A stretch of 64,000 nucleotides of DNA from Eledone cirrhosa. Its lineage: Eukaryota. Within the stretch, counting starts at the first letter, position 1; each line of letters begins with the position of its first letter. The stretch lies in the NCBI GenBank assembly GCA_964016885.1, contig CAXHJY010001764.1, positions 14,900 to 78,899 of the forward strand. Reading direction: 5' to 3'. Position numbers and translations under genes: made by a program. Of this stretch, positions 1 to 12,767 are shown piece by piece. The notes below the pieces were generated by a model, which saw only the letters and a program-made list of their open reading frames with translations, was not told where the DNA came from and ran no database searches.

Positions 1-37
1 ATGTATATATGTATATATATATCTATATATTTATATG

Positions 38-108
<71 letters not shown>

Positions 109-269
109 ATGTATATATATGTATATATATATATGTATATATATATGCATATTTATATATGTATATATATATATGTATATATATATGTATATATATATAT
201 ACATGTATATATATATATGTATATATATATATGTATATATATACATGTATATATATATATATATACATG

Positions 270-304
<35 letters not shown>

Positions 305-356
305 GTATATATGTATATATATATGTATATATGTATATATATATGTATATATGTAT
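1..356. repeat. (TA)n/(TATG)n compound microsatellite
   Basis: Directly visible; the YI/MYI ORFs are artefacts. Confidence 0.97.
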
Positions 357-2192
357 AGTAATAATAATAAAATTGAAGACTAAAATCCAAAGAGGGCTCG
401 ATAAGGAAAATATATATCAAATATATAAGAACTGTAGAGCAAATATTTATTAAAATAACAGATTAAAGTTTAAGCAAAGAATCGCTGCTTTCACCCTTAA
501 TGGGATCTTCTGAAACTAACAAAGTCAATCTGTAAACGCAGAACTGGATATTTCAAAAAACGTTGCAACCGGAGGAAGACAGGAAGATGATACTTTGGTT
601 CGTGGTAACGTTCGCTGGCAAAGAACGGGAAAAAACGAATAATACGTCATTAATAGGAGCGGTGAAAAACAATTACGCGCAAAGACAAAACCACGTATAT
701 GGTATAAAAGAGGTCGTGGACTAATGTTCTCTTAGGTGGTGCATAGAGACGTTCTCTGGCAATGAACGAAAAAACGAAGATAATAAGTCATATGTGGAGC
801 GTGGAGAACAAAAGCACGCAAAGACAAAACCACGTAAATGGTATAGCAGAAGTCGTAGACTAAGATTCCAACTAGGAGACCAAGTGAATCTCCGCTACAG
901 AGTTAAGAACAAAGTAAATAAATACAATACAGAAGAAATAGAAACAAATAAATACATACACGCAAACAGATACGTACATACACAAGCATACGCAAAACCT
1001 TACCATAGGTATACAAAACCACGCACATATAAATGTGTGTGTGTGTGTATGCTTGTGTACAAATAAATAAATAATTATATAAACGTATATAACAAGCGCA
1101 CACACATACCTACATATAAATACATGAATGTTCGGAGACGTAAGTCAACTAAAACAAGAAGTACACATATACACACACCCACCATACGTACGAACCTGCA
1201 TACTCACTCGGACGCAAAACTCCCGTATACACATAGCCAAACCCTAAATACCAGAATATGTAAAAATGATACGCCATAACAGTCAGATATACGTACGAGA
1301 AGGTATACATACCTTCACAAAACATATGGGTAATATATACTTACCTATGCAAATAAGTAAAGGAATAAACAAAACATATACTTAGCTCCCACATCAAGAC
1401 GTAAAATATTCACGTATAGATCGTGCTATCCGTTAGGGTATAACGTGGGGCTGTAATACAGGAAAGTTTTGTTTAATTTATGTTTACAAGCCGAAATTGC
1501 CTCAGATTTTTTGTTTAAGATGTGGTCTGTGGTGTAGAGTATTTCCAGGGCCTCAGCGGCGCAGAGGTCACATGGTCTAATATTTCCGTTATACGATCTA
1601 GCCCTAGCTAGGATCTCCCAGTGTAACTTATATTGGGTGTGGTTGTCTTTTAGACTCCAGATATAAGCTGAAAATGACGTCATATTCCTTCTTAGAGGGT
1701 AACGAAAAGAATGGGTATGCATGTAAAGACGCTGCTTGAAACTATTGGCGGTTAACCCTATGTAGGCCCTACGGGACGTGGGTGTTACAACCTTACATTT
1801 GTAGACAATGTTACTAGAGAGGCATTTCCCAGATAGGGGGCAATCAGCCCGATTCCTACAATTACAGTTTGTACTAACTACAGGGTTGCACGTGTTCCTA
1901 CGGCTAGGTAGTTTAGCTAAATTTGAAGCTGTGATGTTATGTGCAAGGTTAGGAGTCGTAGAGTAAGAAATTTTAATAGTATTTCTATTAAAAATTTTAC
2001 TATATTTATGTGTAGGGGTAAAATGCTTTGTAATAAGGGAAAGAAAGATCTTAGCTAATGGTGTGGCCACCTCCATATTATATGGTGGGTTAAACCAACA
2101 AATGTGACGGGATCTATTTCTTCTAGGTCTATTTTCATACTCTATATGCTACCTTATCGACAAATCCACTTCGAGCAAGAGCTTCATTGTAA
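357..2192 (-). mobile_element. 5'-truncated Penelope-like retroelement (Naiad-type) inserted in (TA)n: end of ORF plus ~1.07 kb 3' region/pLTR
   Basis: Contains the GIY-YIG ORF; flanked on both sides by (TA)n; its 357-650 terminus recurs in part at 12770, 13180, 13875, 20620, 40720, 41305, 42725 and 50572. Confidence 0.85.
1426..2190 (-). pseudogene. C-terminus of PLE protein: thumb/linker plus GIY-YIG endonuclease
   Basis: [10 protein letters not shown], then a frameshift near 2145, then [23 protein letters not shown], Cys linker CNCRNRADCPLSGKC, NIVY...YIGLT, FKQRLYMHTHSF, CDLCAAE, LNKKSE.ISACKH. These motifs are typical of Naiad-type PLEs. Confidence 0.88.
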
Positions 2193-2218
2193 TATGTATA
2201 TATGTGTATTAATATGTA

Positions 2219-2299
<81 letters not shown>

Positions 2300-2554
2300 A
2301 TATATATATATGTATATATATATATGTATGTATATATATATATATGAATATATATATGTATATATATATGTATATATGTATATATGAATATATATATGTA
2401 TATATGAATATATATATATATATGTATATATATGTATATATATATGTGTGTATATATATATATAAGTATATATAAATGAAAAGTATAGAAATTGTTGTAG
2501 CGAGAAGCTAACAACATAAGTATATATATATATGTATATATATGTATATATATG

Positions 2555-2589
<35 letters not shown>

Positions 2590-2602
2590 GTATATATATA
2601 TG

Positions 2603-2637
<35 letters not shown>

Positions 2638-2699
2638 GTATATATATATGTATATATATATATATGTATATATATATGTATATATATATATGTATATAT

Positions 2700-2733
<34 letters not shown>

Positions 2734-3158
2734 ATATGTATATGTATATATATATGTATATATATGTATGTATATATATATATTTATATGTATATATATG
2801 TATATATGTATATATATATGTATATATATGTATATATATATATGTATATATATATATTTATATATATATGTATATATATGTATATATATATATATATATG
2901 TATATATATGTATATATATATGTATATATATATGTATATACATATATGTATATATATATATGTATATATATATATGTATATATATATGTATATACATATA
3001 TATGTATATATATATATGTATATATATATGTATGTATATATGTATGTATATATGTATGTATGTATATATGTATGTATATATGTATGTATATATATGTGTA
3101 TGTATATATATATGTATATATATATGTATGTATATATGTATGTATATATATATGTATG

Positions 3159-3213
<55 letters not shown>

Positions 3214-3224
3214 GTATATATATG

Positions 3225-3271
<47 letters not shown>

Positions 3272-3433
3272 GTATATATATGTATATATATATATATGTA
3301 TATATATATATGTATATAGATATATATGTATATATATGTATATATATATATATGTATATATATATATGTATATAGATATATATGTATATAGATATATATG
3401 TATATAGATATATGTATATATATATATATATAT
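2192..3433. repeat. (TA)n/(TATG)n microsatellite with a short interruption at ~2476-2520
   Basis: Directly visible. Confidence 0.97.
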
Positions 3434-5258
3434 ATCATCATCATCATCACCGTTTTACGTCCGTTCTTCCATGCTAGCATGGGTTAGACGGGTTGTCCTG
3501 TTGTGGGCAGTGTCTGGTCGGCTGACCATGCCTTGCTCATACAGGAACTGATTTGGCTTGATTTCTACAGTTGGATGCCCTTCCTAACACCAACCTCATT
3601 TACAGTGAGTGCTGGGTGCTCTTTCGTGGCGCCTACACGTCCACTTTACAGTGTGGGCTGGGTGCTTTTTTGCCGTGGCACCTCCACGACCACCTTGCGG
3701 TGGGGGGTGTGGGGGCATATTGTCTATATGTTTCAGCTTGTACCCATGGGTGGTCGGGTACTCTGTACTACTGCGTGACGCCAGAAGTCACGGTCGCGTG
3801 TCATTGCCTTTGAGAGGTGTAATTGGGTAAGGTCGGCTTTTATCACCTCATCCCAGGTCATCTTGGGTCTCCCCACTCCGCGGTTTCCATCAACTTATAG
3901 TGCTCTGCACCATTTTATGCAGCTGTCATCCTTCATACGCATCACATGTCCATACCAGCGCAACCGCCTCTCCTGCACACAGCATTTGATTCCTCTTATG
4001 CTCAGTCTCTCTCTCAATTCATTTATGCTTTGTCGTTCACGTATATTACTGTTACACATCCATCGGAGCATGCAGGCTTCGTTTTTCTCTAATCTACGTA
4101 AGTATTCCACCTTCAGCGCCCAGGTCTCACTACCATGCAACATTGCTGTTCGGATACACGCATCATACAGTCTGCCTTTCATTCTGAGGGAGAAGCCTTT
4201 TGCAGCTAGCAGTGGCAGTAGTTCCCTAAACTTCTTCCATCCTGTTCTTACCCTAGTTATTGTACTTTCTGAACACCCACCTCCGCTGCTAATTCGGTCA
4301 CCTAGGTAGCAGAAGCTGTCTACTGTTTCTACAGAGCCCTCCCAGAGATTAGTGGTACTTTTTTCCTGTGGCTGTTTGCTGCTTGCTGTCTTAATTAAGC
4401 TTCCTGAGATCCCACTACATCTCTTGTGTACCCATTGTTTGCATTTGGGGCAGAGAATGGAGTTCCTACCTACACCTTTCCTACATACTGAGCAAGGCCA
4501 TTTCCCTGAGGGGATCTGGGTTCTGTTTTCTCGTCTACTTACAAGGACCTTAGTCTTTGTCATGTTGACTTTGAGACCCTTTCTTTCTAGTCCCTGCTTC
4601 CAAGTTTGGAATTTATTCTCTAGTTCTACCATAGATTCAGCTATGAGTGCGAGGTCATCAGCATACAGGAGTTCCCATGGGCATCCGGTCTTAAACTCCT
4701 CCGTTATTGCCTGCAGGACTATGATGAACAGGAGGGGGCTAAGAACAGAGCCCTGGTGGACCCCAACCTGTACGCTAAATTCCTCGCTATACTCATTGCT
4801 AATCCTAACTTTGCTGACTGCTCCCCTATACATGGCCTGTACCACTTTCACAAGCCATTCATCTACTCCTAGTTTTCTAAGAGCCCACCAGATTACAGCA
4901 CGTGGAACTCTGTCAAAGGCTTTCTCAAGGTCGACAAATGCCAGGTAGAGTAGCTTACTTTTAGCTAGGTACTTTTCCTGTAATTGCCTCACAAGGAAGG
5001 CATCAGTGGTGCCTCTCCCTGGTACAAACCCAAATTGCATCTCGTCTATTTTCACCCGGTCCCTAATCAACTGTGCTATAACTCTTTCTGTTACTTTCAT
5101 GACCTGGTCCATCAACTTTATACCTCTATAGTTTCCTCTATCTAGTGCATCGCCTTTACCTTTGTAGCAGTTGACAATGATGCTACTGCACCAATCTTTT
5201 GGTATGACACCTTCTAGTATTACCTGGTTAACAATACGTGTGGTTATAGTGTGACCTA
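3434..5258 (-). mobile_element. 5'-truncated RTE-clade LINE (family C), RT region, 3' UTR and (GAT)n tail
   Basis: ORF 3895-5115 with QFGF, FVDLEKAFDRV, GVHQGSVLSPLLF, LLYADD, FCYLG, RLRWYGHV; highly similar to the copy at 38010-40720. Confidence 0.95.
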
Positions 5259-6451
5259 GACGGGTTGCCTACACTACGGCTTACGGAGCCTCCGTCCGCC
5301 CCTTGTCTGCTCGCTGATATATTCACGAGGGAGTGGTTATCATACAACGTCGGGCATGTATACCGAACGTGAAGGTGGGGCGGGTGGGATTGAAATGAGA
5401 AGGAAATATGGCTTATACGTACAAATTTATATCAACATTTATATCAACATACACATATATATGTATACATATATCTAAATATATTTATATATACATATAT
5501 ACATACATACACCCCCCCCCCCCCCCCCACACACACACACATATATATATATACAAATCTCATGCAAACCGAAAAGTTTGGAGATACGAAAAATAAAATT
5601 AAACTTGTCTTAACGGATTCTTTATAACATGTCACCCATCCAACAAATGTATATATATGTATATATATGTATATATATATATGTATACATATAGGCAGGT
5701 AGGCAAATCAGAGAGGCAAGCGAAATAGAGCTTAGAAGGCCAAAGCTAAACAGAAAAAATGAATGGAATAACAACACCCAAACAAATACTGACCCCGCGC
5801 ATATACATACACATACATATGTACATGTGTATATACATATTTACACATTTTTGGGATGGCCGTTGACTCTCATGAGTTCTTCCGCCCTTTGTCAGGTTTT
5901 GTTTTTTGTCCTGCAGGGTGTCCAAAATCACCCTCCTCACCAAGTAAACTTGGTAGGGTTGCCAGTTTACCCGACCATGTGACAGGTTATACATATATAT
6001 ATGTAGCGAAATCTGTCCACGCCTTGAACGTTGGGTGACACCTAAAAGTCAAACTCTAGGTCACCATCCTTTTCGGTGTGGACAGGTTCATGCGTGGGCG
6101 ATCCCTCAAGGTGGGAGACAGAAAGCGACAGGTATATAAAGCCTGTATAATCACACATTTACAGACAGTGATCAGAGCAGTACGCTATTACAAGCTATGT
6201 AAAGATTCATCGCCTACTACAGGCCACAGAGGTCTACAGACCATTACTCTCTCTCTCTCTCCTGGTCTCAGACTACACCAGCCTCATGAACCAACAACAA
6301 AATAACATTGTCAACCTTTGCAACTCGTGGTAACTTGTTTATTGTTCTTTTTGACTGAAGTGAAGTAAACCTTTTTAAATATAAAGTAATTCAGCTATTC
6401 TTGTTATTTCTTCTAACAAACAACCACTAATATCCTTCGTTACATATACGC

Positions 6452-6760
6452 ATATCATCATTATCATCATTATCATTTTTACGTCCGCTTTTCCTTGCTT
6501 GCAAGGGTGGGACGGGAACTGATTCTGGCTTGATTTCTACAGCTGGATGCCCTTCCTAACACCAACTTTATTTACAGTGAGTGTTGGGTGCTTTTTTTTC
6601 CATGGCATCTCCACGACCACTTTACAGTGTGGGCTGGGTGCTTTTTTGCCATGGCACCTCCATGACCACTTTGCATTGGAATGATATGGACCCCAGTCCA
6701 TATCATCTCGTTTCTACAGCTGAGTAAACTGGAGCAATGTGAAATAAAGTGTCTTGCTCA
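6452..6760 (-). mobile_element. Head-truncated SINE with RTE-type tail
   Basis: Matches body and tail of the SINEs at 37183 and 49267. Confidence 0.8.
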
Positions 6761-7565
6761 TTATAACGAATTTTGACTGCTGACGACACCTAAGACCAAT
6801 GTTGTCACTGGAAACTTTGTCTGCATGACTCTGGGCACGTCTTTGGATGAGACAGCGAGCCACCTGTTGTTCTGGGAGTTGATCGTCTGGTCTTATTTGT
6901 CCTCCCGTGTCTCTTCCACAAATTTGGAGGTTCAAAATTATTCATAATCAATTATTCTGAAAATAAATAATGGAAATATAGTCACTGTTTTTATGAAGAC
7001 AAGAGTGACAACGGAAGTAAAAAAAATTTGCATAAAATTAGCAGTTAAAAATTGCGAACAAATATCGTCCGTACCCTGTATATATGTGTCTGTGTGTGTA
7101 TATATATATGTGTGTGTGTGTATATACATATATATATATATGTATTGAAGTTTCCGTTGAAAATATATATATATATATACACACACACATATATATACAT
7201 ATGTATTGATGTACTACAAGAAGGCTTCCTTTTTAGTCATTTCCAACCCGATTCAGACCAATGCTGTATATCACTGCTTGTTTATTCATGGTAACTATCC
7301 TTCTTTATCACAGACAATAGAGCCTTTCTCTAGCCATTTATACTTCAACTAAGGACCCCGCCTGAAATACTAAGTCTGTGTCTTCCTTTCACACTACATA
7401 AACAAACCCGTCTATTGTTTTCAGTCTATCGATCAATTATATCTATCTCTCTGTATGACTGTGTAATATATATATACACACACATATATATATATGTGTG
7501 TGTATATATATATAAGCAAAAGGAAAAACTTGAACCGTTAAGGTATTTTTTCTTAGTTATGTCAA

Positions 7566-7664
7566 TATTTATAAAACAAACTTTGTATTTTATCTGATGA
7601 GAGCGTACCAAAGTTTTGGTACCCTTGAAATATATATAATAGAATAAATATGGTTTTATAAATA
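7566..7664 (+). ncRNA. Type I hammerhead ribozyme (family H1, copy 1)
   Basis: TATTTTAT-CTGATGA(7594-7600)-stem II GAGCGTACCA/TGGTACCCTT-GAAA(7627-30)-TATATA-TA^ATAGAATA; distal stem I TATTTATAAAAC/GTTTTATAAATA. Confidence 0.85.
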
Positions 7665-7725
7665 TAGTTTCCATTTATTTAATATCATTGTATATATATA
7701 TATATATTTTCTACTAGCATTTTAA

Positions 7726-7813
7726 AGGGTCTGTCGAGCTGCCGATTATAGAGTTGGGTAAGATCGATACAGATCGAACCTTGAGCTGATCAGTGGCGAA
7801 ACGCGCGTCACCT
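7726..7813 (+). ncRNA. Degenerate type I hammerhead (core CTGTCGA)
   Basis: GGGT-CTGTCGA-GCTGCCGAT...ATCAGTGGC-GAAA-CGCGCG-TC^ACCT; palindromic stem III; one core substitution (A6 to T). Confidence 0.6.
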
Positions 7814-7862
7814 ACCAATAGATCTAATGTAGGAGTAACCAATCGTCCTTGTTATCCTTTCA

Positions 7863-7900
<38 letters not shown>

Positions 7901-7905
7901 ATATA

Positions 7906-8380
7906 TATAATCTGAGTTTTTCGAATATTAATAATAACATTTGGTTCGTTTGAAATTATGCAAACAAGCCTCATTTTTAAAGCCATGTCAGTAGAATGAA
8001 CCCTTAATTGTTACTCTTGTGTTGGCATGTAAACAGTGATGGCATGTAATAATAACATTCGATTCTGGTTGATCAGTGGATCTGCTAATATGCAGATCTG
8101 ACTGATCAGCCAGTCTGCTAATATGCTAATCAGGCCGATCGGTCATTATATATTTTAGAAAATAGCATATATTATCACTAGTGCTGGCAGGTGAACAGTG
8201 AGCTGTACTGATGAAGGGTGATACCCAGAAACATTAGTGTCTGCAGTTCTGTTTACATGCCAACACAAGAGCAAGAATGAAGGGTTCATTCTACTGACAT
8301 GGCTTTAAAAATGAGGCTTGTTTGCATAATTGCAAACGAATCGAATGTTATTATTAATATTCGAAAAACTCAGATTATAT
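7906..8380 (+). mobile_element. PLE-derived terminus with ~130 bp inverted arms and an internal hammerhead
   Basis: 7906-8036 is the reverse complement of 8249-8380 with few mismatches; (TA)n on both sides. Confidence 0.75.
8200..8249 (+). ncRNA. Type I hammerhead ribozyme (family H2)
   Basis: GAGCTGTA-CTGATGA(8208-14)-A GGGT GAT ACCC A-GAAA-CA TTAG TG-TC^TGCAGTTC; 8 bp stem I; predicted GUC cleavage after 8241. Confidence 0.85.
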
Positions 8381-8489
8381 ATATATACACATAAGATGTA
8401 GCTTTTCATAAGGCATACAGCACTACTGTCCTAGAGGTTCCCTTGTTTGGCATATGTTTGTTATTGTTGTATATATTATTTGTGAAACA

Positions 8490-9470
8490 ACCAAGTTCAT
8501 GATGGTGGTGTTGTGTGTGGTAGTGTTGTGTCGTCTGTTGTTTGTGATGATGATGATGATGATCGTGGTGTTGTGTTGTCTGATGTTTGTGGTGTGTTAT
8601 CTAGTGTTGGTAGTGATGGTGGTGTTGTGTTGTCTGTTGTTGTGTGTGATGGTGATGATGATGATGGTGGTGTTGTGTTGTCTGTTGTTGTGTTGTCTGT
8701 TGTTGTGTGTGATGGTGATGATGATGATGGTGGTGTAGTGTTGCCTGTTGTGTGTGGTGGTGGTGATGATGATGGTGTGTCGTCGTTGTTTGTGATGATG
8801 ATGGTGGTGTTGTGTTGTCTGTTATCTATTGTTAGTAGTGATGGTGTTGTTGTGTGTGGTGGTGATGATGATGGTGGTATTGTGTTGTCTGTTGTTGTTT
8901 GTGATGATGATAATGCTAGTGTTGTGTTGTCTGATGTTTGTGGTGTGTTGTCTATTGTTGGTAGTGATGGTGGTGTTGTATTGTCTGTTGTGTGTGGTGG
9001 TGATGATGATGGTGGTGTTGTGTTGTCTGATGTTTGTGGTCTGTTATCTATTGTTGGTAGTGATGGTGTTGTGTGTGGTGGTGATGATGATGGTGGCATT
9101 GTGTTGTCTGTTGTTGTTTGTGATGATGTTGGTGCTGTGTTGTCTGATGTTTGTGCTGTGTTGTCTATTGTTGGTAGTGATGGTGGTGTTGTGGTGATGA
9201 TGATGATGGTGGTGTTGTGTTGTCTGATGTTTGTGGTGGTGTGTTGTCTATTGTTGGTAGTGATAGTGGTGTTGTGTGTGGTGGTGATAGCGGTGTTGTG
9301 TTGTCTGATGTTTGTGGTGGTGTGTTGTCTATTGTTGGTAGTGATGGTGGTGTTGTGTTGTCTGTTTGTGGTGTTGGTGGTGATGGTGTGTTGTTTATGG
9401 TGGTATTGGCGTGTTTGTCTGTTGTTGCTGTTGGTAGTGGTGGTAGTGGTAGGTTGTCTATTGGTTTATG
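8490..9470. repeat. Cryptic GT-rich repeat (GGT/GAT/GTT with TGTGTTGTCT units)
   Basis: Directly visible; the VVLSVVCGGDDD-type ORFs are repeat translations. Confidence 0.9.
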
Positions 9471-9534
9471 AAAATAAGTCAAGGAGACTAGAGATAGATA
9501 GATAAATAAAATTGGAAGTTAGATATAGAGATTG

Positions 9535-10047
9535 GTGTGTGTGTGTGTATATATATATATACATACATATGTGTGTGCGTGTATATACGTATGTATATAT
9601 GTGTGTGTGTATAAGTATGTATATATATGTGTGTGTGTGTGTGTATATATACGTATGTATATATATATATATGTGTGTGTGTATATATACGTATGTATAT
9701 ATATATATATGTGTGTGTATATACGTATGTATATATATATGTGTGTGTGTATATACGTATGTATATATATATGTGTGTGTGTATATATAGGTATGTATAT
9801 GTATGTATGTGTGCGTGTGTATATATATACGTATGTATATATATGTATGTATGTGTGTGTATGTATATATATGTATTTATATATACGTATGTATATATAC
9901 GTATGTATATATACGTATGTATATATATACGTATGTATATATACGTATGTATATATACGTATGTATATATACGTATGTATATATGCATATGTATATATGC
10001 GTATGTATATATACGTATGTATATATACGTATGTATATATACGTATG

Positions 10048-10083
<36 letters not shown>

Positions 10084-10475
10084 CGTTTGTATATATACGT
10101 TTGTATATATACATATGTATATATATGTATGTATATATATACGTATGTATATATATACGTATGTATATATATACGTATGTATATATATACGTATGTATAT
10201 ATATACGTATGTATATATATACGTATGTATATATATACGTATGTATATATATATGTATATATACGTATGTATATATATACGTATGTATATATATGTATGT
10301 ATATATATATGTATGTATATATATACGTATGTATATATATACGTATGTATATATATACGTATGTATATATATACGTATGTATATATATATGTATATATAC
10401 GTATGTATATATATACGTATGTATATATATACGTATGTATATATATATGTATATATACCTATGTATATATATACG

Positions 10476-10507
<32 letters not shown>

Positions 10508-10828
10508 TGTATGTATATATATACGTATGTATATATATACGTATGTATATATATACGTATGTATATGTATACGTATGTATATGTATGTATGTATATATAT
10601 GTATATATATGTATATGTATGTATGTATATATATGTATATATATGTATATGTATGTATGTATATATATGTATATATATGTATATGTATGTATGTATATAT
10701 ATGTATATATATATATATGTATGTATATATACGTATGTATATGTACGTATGTATGTGTGTATGTATATATACGTATGTATGTGTATATATGCGTATATAT
10801 ATATATATATATGTATGTATGTGTGTGT
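9535..10828. repeat. (TG/TA)n and TATATACGTATG-type micro/minisatellite
   Basis: Directly visible. Confidence 0.95.
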
Positions 10829-11446
10829 TGATATATTTATTTCAATATGTGCCTTGACTTTATTTTCAAGTGCTTTTTTTTCCCGTTTTAAACATAGTAT
10901 CTATCAAGATGTCTTTTCCTCTTGTATAGGGTCTTTCTTGCTAACTTGTTCTGTGCGGAAAAAGTATTTATTCTCAATTACAACTATGGAATAATTACAG
11001 CCTCTTCTACTATATATAGCCTTCAGTTATGACCAATACTTTAACAGTAAAAGTTGCTAGACAGAAACTGCAGAAGACTCTGTGTGAGGTCTTGTGTCTT
11101 AGTGTAGCGGTTCGACAAAAAGAGAGCGATAAAATAAATGGGACTTGGAAAAAAAAAAAGGATTGAAGTCAATATGATCGACTCAATCCTTTTAAGACAG
11201 TGCCCCAGCATGGTCATTTATAGTTACATTTGGTGGTGTTCGTGTTGCCAATATTGGCAATAAAAGACATGCACTATATGATATTCACTTCAGTTTTATA
11301 TATATATATTTGGGGACCGTCTGCTATCGATATAACACCATATTCGTAGGCTGTCCCCAAATTGAATTTTCTATTTTCTATGCTTTTCTCTATCTCCTGT
11401 CTTCCATTCTATGTTTGGGTTCAATGTAATCTTGTTACATAATTTG

Positions 11447-11530
11447 GAAAATAACACCTGATGAAATCATCTTGTCTTGCATCATAATTGGATGACAGAG
11501 CTGGGCCATTGAAATATGTATAGTGCTTTC
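11447..11530 (+). ncRNA. Degenerate hammerhead-like motif
   Basis: CAC-CTGATGA(11458-64)-AAT...ATT-GAAA(11511-14)-TATGTA-TA^GTG; core intact but stems I and II are weak. Confidence 0.4.
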
Positions 11531-12309
11531 GTGGAATTAAAATTTTAAAGTAAATTTTCCAGTCCAGCCTTCTGTTTTAATGAATATTTTACTCTTTTCC
11601 TGCACCAACCACTGGATACCACATCTACAATGGTTGATTTGCATAACGTTGAGTGCTTTAATTAATTTGTTGCATTTACATTATTCTGTATTTACTATTG
11701 TATTTTCATGGTAAAGGTTTTACCTCTCATTATATCGAAGCTATGAGGAGTGACAGGTTATGGCTGGTTTGAATAGAAAGAGCTGAGAGAATTCTGGCTG
11801 GATATAGCTGGTTTAAATGCTAAAGGGTTAAATCAATTAAATAATGTATTAATGTATGCAGGCACACATGGTATATACTGTTCTCTCCGCTGATGAATTT
11901 CTTCAAGATTTTGATACATTTTTGTGAGCATTCTCAAAAAATTTCAATAGTTACCCTTACTTAAGCGAATGAGCTATCCATTGGAGAATTTTCTTCTTTG
12001 AAACCACCCTGGAGCAGGCCAAAACACCTATTATCCCCCCCCACACACACACACAGAACACAAAATGAATTAGAATTTCACCAAATTCAAAAGGAGTGAA
12101 AGCCAATGACCAATGATCTTTGGTTAAAGAAGGCATTGGGACTTCACTCACAGAATATAATTCAGCGGTCAGAAGTGACAGCTGAAATAGGTATCACCAC
12201 CATTACCAAGGCCAACAACAGTGACAACAAAAACAATAACAACAACAACTTATATTTATACACTAGATCCTCACAGTATGAGTGGAAATCTGCAGTACGA
12301 ATGAGTTTC

Positions 12310-12620
12310 ATATAAGCGACCGCTAGTCGGCGCTGAGCCCACACACACTCTCCCAACAAGCGCAGCCTCCGCTCACATGTTTATCTTGTTGTGGCAGCAT
12401 CCCTATTGTGTTTTTCCCAGTGTTTTTTTTTAGTTTTGTGTGTTTTTTGCTATTATTTTATAATAATTAGTGGAAAAGTGTGGTTCCCTGGAGGAGGACA
12501 TTGTAGCGGGGAAGCCTATCTCTATGAGTGACATAAAAGGAGTTTTGGTAAAGTGGCAGGATGTTTCTGAATTTGTAGAAACAAATCATCCTGCAAAAAT
12601 AACTACTAGAAAGTATTAAC
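12310..12620 (+). mobile_element. Possible pogo/Tigger-like transposon relic
   Basis: Short peptide IKGVLVKWQDVSEFVETNHPAK resembles pogo transposase C-termini (recalled, not searched). Confidence 0.3.
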
Positions 12621-12767
12621 TATATTTTAATTAATTTCAATTGGGAAAATTGATTTGTAAAATGAAAGATTTAATTGTGTTTACAAGAAATTTTGACCAA
12701 TCCTTTTGACAACTACAATCTTCCCATATAAGGAATTCCCCCTTGAAAAGTTATATATATATATACA

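Noticed and set aside
640-795. SECIS element (minus-strand ATGAC in both tandem units)
   Set aside because: No apical AA or GA at SECIS spacing, and no in-frame UGA in the visible GIY-YIG frame.
5840-5897. Minus-strand hammerhead-like CTGACAA-AGGG...CCC-AAAAA
   Set aside because: Both core boxes are mutated and there is no stem I.
6002-6307. Solo LTR (TG...CA with TATA-like box)
   Set aside because: No TSD, weak terminal inverted repeat and no second copy.
11890-11930. CTGATGA motif
   Set aside because: No GAAA and no stems.
11955-12030. Minus-strand AG...GTAAG micro-exon
   Set aside because: Poor pyrimidine tract, no recognisable peptide and no partner exons.
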